DNA of 64,000 nucleotides from a virus. The translations under genes and the position numbers were made by a program. The stretch is from the IMG/VR virus record IMGVR_UViG_3300021197_000868, positions 1 to 64,000 of that record. One strand, given 5' to 3'. This document shows positions 8,574 through 16,694 of the stretch, one piece after another. The notes below the pieces were generated by a model. The model was given only the letters and a program-made list of their open reading frames with translations, had not been told where the DNA came from and searched no databases. Within the stretch, counting starts at the first letter, position 1. Each line of letters starts with the position of its first letter.

Positions 8574-8985
8574 GCTACGCTCACAAGGTACGAGGCTAGG
8601 GAGGATGGCATATACCATCCATATGGGTGGGGGTCAAGGGGCCGAGGCTTGCGGCTTAACGCATCATGGGGAGCACAACGCTGCTGCTCTGCGTGGTGGC
8701 GTGGTGGCGTAGCACTAGGCTGCTTTGATGCTGCCTTATATGTGAGGAGCATAATGCCACGCAGTGCCACGGTTTAGCGCCCCGCTTATGAAGCAGCACC
8801 GGCCCAGCATTACGCTACGCCCACCATGCGAGCAGCACGCTGCTGCGCAGCGTTGCGCTCGCTACGATAGCCTCATGCTACGGTGGCCTTGCTACGCTGA
8901 GGGCAGTGTAGAACTAACACCGCCGCAGTACCCTTGCTACGCAGCACCCCTTAGGCGGAGCAATAGGCTACGCCGTCATGCTACG
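8574..8985. repeat. GC-rich non-coding tract with iterated GCTACG hexamers
   Basis: GCTACG at 8574, 8814, 8861, 8877, 8891, 8936, 8967 and 8980, inverted at 8708. Confidence 0.7.
8613..8631. repeat. 19-bp inverted repeat, right copy
   Basis: Exact reverse complement of 7455-7473. Confidence 0.85.
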
Positions 8986-9099
8986 CTCCTTATGACCACG
9001 CATAGCGCTCCCAAAAAAATTGACTAAAATCGTAATTCTACCTATACCGCTACCTAAAATTACCGTATATTTCAAAGTCTAGTGTAGCGTGCCAATGTT

Positions 9100-11452
9100 A
9101 TGTCGCCTTCCGATGCTGCTTGGCGACTTCTCAAGAATTATAAAAGTCAAGATTTCATTTTCAACCCTGATTACGGTGCTAGTGGTTATTATAAACCGGA
9201 CAGTAAAGAGCATTTTGTTAACTTAGCGCAATTGCGTGCGCTTGACGAACAAGGCGCTATAGAACGAATAACCAGTACTGGAACCCATGAAGCAATACAC
9301 GCTGCACAAGATAGTGAATTACAACATCTCAGGGGTGAAGATGGAAGAGGTCATTTTAGTGCTCATGAAGTAGGTGCTCATTCCGCTCAAAACCCTTATG
9401 AAATGCAAGATTGGAGAAATTGGCAGATGAGTGAGCACGGTGCTATGAATCCTGATAATTTTGAAACACTAGATAGTGGTGAAAAAAGAAGGAAGGTTAC
9501 TAATCCAAACACTATCAGTGATGTAACTCCAAGAGAAAAAATATATGGGACTTATGAAGATGATGATGAGTTTGAAGATTACGCTTTTGGTGACCATGAT
9601 TTTGCATTGATGTCTAACAAAGAACTTAACCAGTGGGCGAGTGCTTTACGAGCCGCTGAGTTAAAAGATGAGCCTGATTTTAAGACATCGGATGAAATGA
9701 AGAATGACCCTTATTACAGATTTTTACTCGGAAGCAGAGGAAGCAGCCCTTATATTCGGGGTAGCATTGAGGATGAGTTAGAAAGAAGAGTGAGACAGGT
9801 TGATGAAGACGGAGGTTACCATCAAAGAAAGTTCAAACCTGACTTTCAAGACAAACTAGCAAGCGAACCAATGGACATCGCTATGCAATTGTTGAAGGAA
9901 GTAGGTCGTGCTGAATCTTCTCCTACACTTATGGGAAATCCAAAAGCAACAGCATACATAAGCCAAAATAAAGACCCTGCTAACTTACCATGCTCAGTGT
10001 GTGACGGAAATACTACAACAACCATGCCGAAAATGTGGTCGCCCTGCGTCACTAGGTGCAGATGTATTAACAGGCGAACCAATGGACCTCGCCATGCGTT
10101 TGCTAAAATAAATGACCCCATGAAGATGATTACGTTATTGAAGAAGACCTTTATGGAGACTCTAATCAAGCATTAGATAACAGGCACATATACGAATTAA
10201 TGGGTCGAATAAGAGATGACGGGGAAACACATAACTATATTCGCAGTACAATGAATGGAGAAAAGGGTGCAGACACAAGAAAAGAAAAGAAATGTTAAAC
10301 CAAAATCGGTTGGCTGAATTAGAGCAAAAACCAAGAAAGATTTAGAAGAGGTGACACATACCTATTTATCGTAGCGAGCCTATGGACATCGCTATGCAGT
10401 TGTTGAAAGAGTCATATCAATCAAGGTTACCGGACCTCTCGCCCCTACATCCCCTAGCCACCGCCGCCGAACATTCCTGACACCAGATATACCGGGCTAT
10501 CATCGTCGGGGAGGACTACCTGCACGATTACATGTTGAAGGTGACCGTTTTCATTATTAGATTATGATGATAATGTATTAAGTCAACTTGAAGTGATGTG
10601 AACGATTTAGGCTCAAAAAGTATTGAAGACATTATGGTCATACCTGAATTAAATCGTAGAAGAGGACATTATCAAGATTTACTGGAAGCAGCGCTAAGAC
10701 ATGGTTACACAGTTATGAGTGACATGCGAAACGACTCATCAAATCCTTTTCATAAGAAGTTCTTGACTAACTTACCACCTGATATTGAAGCACAAGGGGA
10801 AATTGGAATTGAGACGGAACATGGATTTGATTATGGAATTGATAGAGACTCCGATTACATTTCTGATTTACATGGGGATGCAAGAATAGAATACTCAGGT
10901 AAATACAGCCCCGGAAATGCAATTGGGTGGGGTGACTTACAAACAGAATCTCGCTCTAAAGTACCGATGACTTACGAAACTGATTACCAGCGTTATCAAG
11001 ATAGACTTAATCGAGGAATAAACGCTAACACAGATATTCGGGCTAGGGGGCCTGATGGCGTAAAAAATTATGTACAGAGTCGACTTGATTTATCAATGGA
11101 AAAACCAGTGCCTAGGTGGGTAGGGATGACGGCGACGAACAGAAGCGGAGGAGAGGCTTGGCATGGTGATGGAAGAGTCCCTATGTTACCAACTAATCAA
11201 GGTATAGGGGTCCCTACAGGTATGTCTTACGACCCAGTATTTCATCAAAAAGATAGACCTTTCCACGATATTAACTTCGCTCCTAGTCTACAAGCAGGGG
11301 CAGTGGGTATAGACCCACGGCGATTAACAAGAAGAGAGCACATTGATTCACCAAACTCGTATACTAGTAGACGAGAATATCTTCACAATAAATTAATGAA
11401 CGGCGGTACATTAACGACCCAAGAAATTGAAGAGTATGCGGGGGAATCTTGA
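9100..11452 (+). CDS. Probable single modular polyprotein (HExxH metallopeptidase, Zn ribbon, unknown module, GNAT-like acetyltransferase), broken by several frameshifts at about 10010-10600
   Basis: THEAIH and HEVGAH motifs; CSVC...CRKC spans a frame change; three EPMD(I/L)AM(Q/R)LLK linkers at 9862, 10073 and 10373 not all in one frame; IMVIPELNRRRGHYQDLL resembles GNAT motif A. The track splits it into 9100..10176 and 10598..11452. Confidence 0.6.
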
Positions 11453-11468
11453 TATGAAGCAGCATCAT
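11453..11468 (+). promoter_or_regulatory. Promoter-like box TATGAAGCRRCATCAT, copy 1 of 3
   Basis: Also at 14435-14450 and 15674-15689; each starts 25-26 nt before an ATG. Confidence 0.75.
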
Positions 11469-11477
11469 AAGAGAGAC

Positions 11478-12107
11478 ATGGGCCGAGCCTTCAATATAGC
11501 ATGGGATTTATTGAAATACGAACCTACTAGGTCTATTGGTAGGGATGAAGCGGACCATATGACTGGGTCAGATTACGGTCAAGGTCGTAAAGCACTAAGC
11601 GATGAAGCACGTGAGAAGGCTGATGATTTCCATACCGCTCGCAGAGAGGCTATGCGCCCTAATCGGGGTATGGCGACTGTAGCAGACCCTTCTCAATACC
11701 TGTACTTAAATGACCGTAATCCTTACTTAGACCTGAATAGTCCTGAAACTAATCCATTCCCCGGTGGTATACCTACACTTCAAGAGAGGATGGCTGACAT
11801 AAAAGAGGAGGAAAGAATACAGGACTCAGTTCATGACCTAGTTTCTAACTTTGAGCCTGAACATATGTCCACTTCTGAAGCAAACCCACCTGTTGATATG
11901 GGTTCTACAGTAGAGCCTCCTAAGAGTGACATGAGTCCTCAAGGTAGTTTCCCTACTAGCATGGGACCAACACGTCAGCAAAAGCGTGGTCAGATGGGAA
12001 GAGGAGTAGCAGTAAAGCGCCCCGGATTCAGAAGCAGTGAAGCCATGCCTCTACCTGAATCTGCGAGAGATAGGGAGAGAGAATTAACTTTCAGTAGAAG
12101 GCTATAA
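11478..12107 (+). CDS. Tagged hypothetical protein (MGRAFNIAWDLLK...)
   Basis: Start re-assigned to 11478 from promoter spacing and the N-terminal tag. Confidence 0.75.
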   Translation: MGRAFNIAWDLLKYEPTRSIGRDEADHMTGSDYGQGRKALSDEAREKADDFHTARREAMRPNRGMATVADPSQYLYLNDRNPYLDLNSPETNPFPGGIPTLQERMADIKEEERIQDSVHDLVSNFEPEHMSTSEANPPVDMGSTVEPPKSDMSPQGSFPTSMGPTRQQKRGQMGRGVAVKRPGFRSSEAMPLPESARDRERELTFSRRL

Positions 12108-12119
12108 TGAGGAATAATC

Positions 12120-12986
12120 ATGTCAGCGTTCAGTCATGCTTGGGATTTGCTGAAAGCCCTCAGTCCCGAGGACCTTCAACAAGCGGCTCGTACTGGCGGT
12201 ATAGGTATGACTCCTGAGAGGGGTCAAGCCTACGCTGACGCTGGTCTTCCTTTGAACACAGGTGGTGGTTTTAGAACCATGCCCGATACAGAAGCGCAAC
12301 GATTAATGCGCTACCAAAAAACAGGAAGTCCTGAAGGTATAAATCAGCAAATGGGAAGTGGTGCTACGTTTGACCCTAAAGCCAAAGACCTTGCTGAGTT
12401 TTTACATCAAGATTCAGACACTGGTGGTAATCTTGACATGGATGACCGACTTGAAGACATACATTACATGTTAACACAAGGTCAGTCTATAGAGCCTCAC
12501 TCTGAACCTGATGCACCTCCTGAACATCCGATGAAAGAATACTTGGCCCCTATGCCAAAAGGTAGAGGGGTTTCAGAAGAGTATCAAAAAAGAACAGCCG
12601 CTAGTAATAGGGGTGCGATTGATTCTTACCGTAATAATCAAAAAGAGGGAAATGAGAGAGACTTGAGAGAGTATCTAAATCAACTTCCTGAAAATGAGCG
12701 ATTCCCACCAAGTGAGTTCGCAAGAAGAGGTGACGCTGGTGCATCTGCAAGTGACAAAGCATTTTCAGAAATGAAGAACCGTCAGCAAAGGGCTGAAGCA
12801 GAAAAGCAAAGGGCTGAAGCAGAAAAGCAAATGCTGGCTGAAAGACAAAAAGAAATGATGATGCGTCAGCAAAAAGCAAGGATGAAATCAAAACAGCCAC
12901 CTAAAGGAAGAGCAGGTGGAAGAAGACCGGGTGAAGGTAAGAATGCTTACAAGAATCGAATGCGAAGACAAGGTGGTAGAAGATGA
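12120..12986 (+). CDS. Tagged hypothetical protein (MSAFSHAWDLLK...) with a basic C-terminus
   Basis: GAGG RBS; 21-bp tandem duplication at 12784-12831. Confidence 0.8.
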   Translation: MSAFSHAWDLLKALSPEDLQQAARTGGIGMTPERGQAYADAGLPLNTGGGFRTMPDTEAQRLMRYQKTGSPEGINQQMGSGATFDPKAKDLAEFLHQDSDTGGNLDMDDRLEDIHYMLTQGQSIEPHSEPDAPPEHPMKEYLAPMPKGRGVSEEYQKRTAASNRGAIDSYRNNQKEGNERDLREYLNQLPENERFPPSEFARRGDAGASASDKAFSEMKNRQQRAEAEKQRAEAEKQMLAERQKEMMMRQQKARMKSKQPPKGRAGGRRPGEGKNAYKNRMRRQGGRR

Positions 12987-13258
12987 GAGCATTTGATAAA
13001 GCGTGGCAGATTCTGAAAGAAGAAAGTGTAGGGAAGAAATATGGTTTACCTCCCGGCTTTTCAGGTGACCCCGAGATGTATAATCGTGCAAGAGAAGAGG
13101 ATAATTACAATAGAATAATGGATGAAGAAAGCATGCGTGGTGAAAATCAGGCTCTTGAAAATGTAGGTGAAGCGCCATCAGTAAAAGAATTAATGGATAA
13201 ATTAATGCGTGGCGAGCAATTAACTCGTCACGAGCAAATGATGCTTCAAAGATTCTAA
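12983..13258 (+). CDS. Tagged hypothetical protein (MRAFDKAWQILK...)
   Basis: ATGA overlap; GGTGG RBS. Confidence 0.8.
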   Translation: MRAFDKAWQILKEESVGKKYGLPPGFSGDPEMYNRAREEDNYNRIMDEESMRGENQALENVGEAPSVKELMDKLMRGEQLTRHEQMMLQRF

Positions 13259-13311
13259 GTTTACTTAGCCACACCTACTACTTTATTTTCTACACCACTC
13301 TCGTAACGTAC

Positions 13312-13482
13312 ATGATTGCTACAATTGTCATGTCATCCGTTTTTGGACTGGTTGTAATTTGGGTCACTTGCTTCTATGTAGTTGCTGATTTTTTATCAGA
13401 CCTCGGTGATTTTGACTTGTCAACTGAGGATTTAGAAGATGATTGTTTCAAAGGACTACGTTTACTACGGTGGGAAAAGTGA
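13312..13482 (+). CDS. 56-aa single-TM protein, below the track cutoff
   Basis: MIATIVMSSVFGLVVIWVTCFYVV hydrophobic N-terminus; TTTATT about 30 nt upstream. Confidence 0.6.
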   Translation: MIATIVMSSVFGLVVIWVTCFYVVADFLSDLGDFDLSTEDLEDDCFKGLRLLRWEK

Positions 13483-13631
13483 ACCTACCTGACCCAAGTG
13501 AAATTACCGGCCTTCCCTTATGGGTGCTGTGTGTTATACTAGGGTTAGTAAGTTTCATAGTTACATTCTTTTGGCCCCGCTCTAAAAATGAAATTAGATT
13601 CGTAGACTTAGGTGGAGACTTATGGAAATAA
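13479..13631 (+). CDS. Small single-TM protein
   Basis: GTG start overlapping the upstream stop (GTGA); LWVLCVILGLVSFIVTFFW helix. Confidence 0.6.
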   Translation: MNLPDPSEITGLPLWVLCVILGLVSFIVTFFWPRSKNEIRFVDLGGDLWK

Positions 13632-14497
13632 CTGTGTATGAAGTAGGACCTCGTGATGGTTTACAAGCACTACCTCATGTAGTTTCTATAGAACACCGTA
13701 CTGAGTTAATAAAATTACTTTACGATGCTGGTTTGAAAGAAGTTGAAGAAGTGTCATTTGTACATCCAAAGGTATTACCTCAAATGGCAAATGCAGAAGA
13801 GGTGTTTACTGGTCGTGGCTCTTCTCTTGTTTTGAATAAACGTGGTTTTGACAGGGCGATTGCTGCTGGCGCTGAGAAGATAAACATCGTGCTAAGTCCA
13901 TGTGAATCATTCTGTATGAAGAATATGGGTAAGCGGTATCAAGAATTATTACTTACTTATCGTACATTTCTAAACAGTTATCCTAAAGATAAGGTCAGGG
14001 TCTACATATCAATGGCTTTTGGTAGTCCGGTTAGTGGTGAGTTTAGTAGAAATCATTTAGACATGGTAGTACGTGATGCTAAAATGTTTGGAGATACAGT
14101 CGTCTTTGCAGATACTGTGGGGGTAGCCACTAATGACGACATTGAGTTTGTCGCTGATTTGGCTTTCAAACATAACATGATTCCTGCTCTACACTTACAT
14201 CATAAAGGGAAAGAGGAAAGAGCGCTTTCACTGATAAGAAGTGGACTCTTTGCGGGTATAAAGGAGTTTGATACTAGTATCGGGGGATTAGGCGGGTGTC
14301 CTTTTGCTAAAGGAAGTGGCTCAAACTTAGCAACTGAAACTTTACTTAGATACCTCGAAGTTTGGGGCTTTGAACATAACGTGGATATGGAATTACTAAC
14401 AAAGGCTAGTAGGCTTGCTTTAGAGTTAAAGTCTTATGAAGCAACATCATCGCCTATACTATGGGCGAAGCCTTTGAAATCTGCTGGCAGGTTTTGA
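13622..14497 (+). CDS. hmgL: Hydroxymethylglutaryl-CoA lyase (DRE-TIM metallolyase), auxiliary metabolic gene
   Basis: EVGPRDGLQ, SFVHPK, ADTVG, HLHH, GLGGCPFAKG...NLATE with the catalytic Cys retained. Confidence 0.92.
   Translation: MEITVYEVGPRDGLQALPHVVSIEHRTELIKLLYDAGLKEVEEVSFVHPKVLPQMANAEEVFTGRGSSLVLNKRGFDRAIAAGAEKINIVLSPCESFCMKNMGKRYQELLLTYRTFLNSYPKDKVRVYISMAFGSPVSGEFSRNHLDMVVRDAKMFGDTVVFADTVGVATNDDIEFVADLAFKHNMIPALHLHHKGKEERALSLIRSGLFAGIKEFDTSIGGLGGCPFAKGSGSNLATETLLRYLEVWGFEHNVDMELLTKASRLALELKSYEATSSPILWAKPLKSAGRF
14435..14450 (+). promoter_or_regulatory. Promoter-like box TATGAAGCRRCATCAT, copy 2
   Basis: Starts 26 nt before ATG 14461. Confidence 0.75.
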
Positions 14498-15678
14498 AGT
14501 CGCCTACTAGATTTCAAGATATACAAACCACCCTTCCTGAAATGGATGAACTAGGTTACGGTGCTACAAGAACTGTACACACTCATCCTTCATTACCGGG
14601 TAAAGTCATTAAATTACCTAAACACTCAGCATTTTTTAATAGACAAGCCCACGATTTAGAAACAAATGCAGCGATGAACGCTTTAGCGCAAATGGGTCAC
14701 CCTGTAATTCCCGAAAAACCAGTAATAGTACCAGCACGTATGGAATCAGGAAATGATTACCCTAACCAAGTTATTAGAAAATTACCTGAGTTAGGAATGA
14801 TACAAGATTTCGCCGGGGAGACTGTAAAAGATAGAACAGAAGATAAGCATATTCCGAGAGTGCAAGTCAGACCATCATTATTAAACACCGCTGGGCGTGA
14901 ACTTATGAATAATGATTCACCCTCAGAAATGTCACTAGATGAAGTGAGAGCATTACGAAATAGGAAAAGAACATTTAACAACTCAACGGGGAAAAGGGAC
15001 TTACCTAATTTCTTAGAGTTAGGTGACCTACACAGTGGGAATGTAGTTGGTAGTGGTACTGATGAAGACCCCTTCCAAATCATTGACGGTTATGCCGCTA
15101 TACCTAAAATCAATATGGGGCTTCAAAATTATGCTAGACAATGGAGGAGAATGGACCCAGTGGCAAGAGCCACCTTTAAGAATCTCTTTAGTGATAAATC
15201 ACAATTCGCTGATATAGCGAATTATCACAATAATCCTCATCCAACTGAACCTGAACGTATGCCTAATTTAACTGCGGATGAGTTTGGTACTGATAAGATG
15301 TATGAGGCTGAGCATGAAGGTCGCTCGTTCATGGACGGTGGAGAAGGAAGGCATAAAACACCTATGGATAGAGCCCATGATGAGTATTCTAAGTATCTAG
15401 CAGCAAGAAAGCGTTTAGAATTAATTGATAGTCTTGTAGCAGACCCTCATCAAACAAGAGTAGAAGAATGGCATAACCCATATAATGACATGTCTATTTC
15501 TGATTTAGAGCGTGAGGGCTTTTATGGACCTGATGCAGGTTCTTTATCGAATACAGAAATGGGCTATGGAAGCAGTATGAGTATGGCTCGTGATAGTTTA
15601 CTCCCACCTGATACTTTCACAGGTACTAATCTACGTTTTAAAGACCCTGATTATTGGAAAACCGATGATTCTATATGA
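14461..15678 (+). CDS. Tagged protein-kinase-like protein (atypical Ser/Thr or APH-like fold)
   Basis: LGYGATRTV Gly-loop, KVIK, GDLHSGNV catalytic loop, IIDG; N-terminal MGEAFEICWQVLK tag. Confidence 0.75.
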   Translation: MGEAFEICWQVLKSPTRFQDIQTTLPEMDELGYGATRTVHTHPSLPGKVIKLPKHSAFFNRQAHDLETNAAMNALAQMGHPVIPEKPVIVPARMESGNDYPNQVIRKLPELGMIQDFAGETVKDRTEDKHIPRVQVRPSLLNTAGRELMNNDSPSEMSLDEVRALRNRKRTFNNSTGKRDLPNFLELGDLHSGNVVGSGTDEDPFQIIDGYAAIPKINMGLQNYARQWRRMDPVARATFKNLFSDKSQFADIANYHNNPHPTEPERMPNLTADEFGTDKMYEAEHEGRSFMDGGEGRHKTPMDRAHDEYSKYLAARKRLELIDSLVADPHQTRVEEWHNPYNDMSISDLEREGFYGPDAGSLSNTEMGYGSSMSMARDSLLPPDTFTGTNLRFKDPDYWKTDDSI

Positions 15679-15689
15679 AGCGGCATCAT
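15674..15689 (+). promoter_or_regulatory. Promoter-like box TATGAAGCRRCATCAT, copy 3
   Basis: Starts 25 nt before ATG 15699. Confidence 0.75.
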
Positions 15690-15698
15690 CCGACATCT

Positions 15699-16682
15699 AT
15701 GAGCCGTGCTATTAACGCAGCATTTGACCTTCTTAAAATGCAACATTTTGAACAACAGTACGGATATGAGTTCGTACTAGATGTTATTTCAAAAGCAGTA
15801 CAGGACCCACGTGTAGAGAAAATGCGTATGTTCGTTTTGCAGAATATGGATAGCCCTGACCCTCAAATGAGGAGACAGGCTGAAGAAATGTATCAGCAAT
15901 TAACTGAAGTCATGAGTGGTGCTGGTGGTAAAATATCAGCGGCTACTCCATTAGGTGTTGACCCTTCAGCGCCTCCAGCACCTGAAGGTTTAATGAGTAC
16001 AGGTAATCCTAAAGGTGAAGCCCGACCTATTATGGCTAAAGCATTCAGTGCTTTTCTTGATGCTGAGTTCATCAGGAAGAATGTAGTTGGAACACAGGCA
16101 ACAGGTCGAGGAGGTACACCTGTTCAATACAATATGCCTCCATCAGTAGCATCAATGGCTCAACGCCCTCAAATTGCTGAAATGCAACCTCAGACCACAC
16201 AAGTTCCTCAGCAAGCACCGGGTATGTTTGGTAGATTTAAGCAACCAGTAATGACTGACCAAACTAATTTAGCACCTACTGGTGATAATGTAACAGGTGG
16301 CCCAGCAACAATGAATGTTCAACAAAACGCTGAAAATCCTATGGAGGGATTAGGGGGTATGGGTCAAATGATGGCGGCTCCGGGTGCTCAAGTAACTCGT
16401 ATGCCTCGTCCACAACCATTTGGTTCAGGCATGGGTACGGACGTATATTTTAATGGCGGTAAAGTCCCAGCACCTACACAAAGTTTGGCTGGAGAAGGTT
16501 ACACTGTAGATGACGCTGGGGATTGGGTAAAACCTCCAAATCCTTACGAGAGCAGTGCTAATCGTCAGCGATGGGCAAGAGACTCCAAGTTACCTGTAGG
16601 TAACTACAATTCAGAAGGCGACTATAGGATTAACACAAGAACTGCACAAATGGGTGCGGCTGACCAATTTACTGGCGTTTGA
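15699..16682 (+). CDS. Tagged low-complexity (Q/P/G/M) protein (MSRAINAAFDLLK...)
   Basis: Start re-assigned to 15699; second internal tag-like segment AKAFSAFLDAEFIRK. Confidence 0.75.
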   Translation: MSRAINAAFDLLKMQHFEQQYGYEFVLDVISKAVQDPRVEKMRMFVLQNMDSPDPQMRRQAEEMYQQLTEVMSGAGGKISAATPLGVDPSAPPAPEGLMSTGNPKGEARPIMAKAFSAFLDAEFIRKNVVGTQATGRGGTPVQYNMPPSVASMAQRPQIAEMQPQTTQVPQQAPGMFGRFKQPVMTDQTNLAPTGDNVTGGPATMNVQQNAENPMEGLGGMGQMMAAPGAQVTRMPRPQPFGSGMGTDVYFNGGKVPAPTQSLAGEGYTVDDAGDWVKPPNPYESSANRQRWARDSKLPVGNYNSEGDYRINTRTAQMGAADQFTGV

Positions 16683-16694
16683 TAGGTGATGTAA

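Noticed and set aside
7421-9027. Track ORFs on both strands of the GC-rich control region (e.g. 7421..7642, 7611..8081, 8466..8777, 8764..9027)
   Set aside because: No RBS, Arg/Ala/Pro-rich shadow composition, overlap with repeats or the real gene; expected by chance at high GC.
7320-9060. tRNA or other known RNA gene in the GC-rich gaps
   Set aside because: No cloverleaf with a T-loop GTTCRA and matching acceptor stem could be found by eye; a covariance search is still worthwhile.
9862-10408. Diversity-generating retroelement template/variable repeats
   Set aside because: Repeats are only 36 bp, differences are not adenine-specific, and no reverse transcriptase is present in the window.
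10000-10600. Alternative genetic code or programmed recoding explaining the broken frames
   Set aside because: The breaks are frame changes rather than in-frame stops, and all other genes read normally in the standard code.
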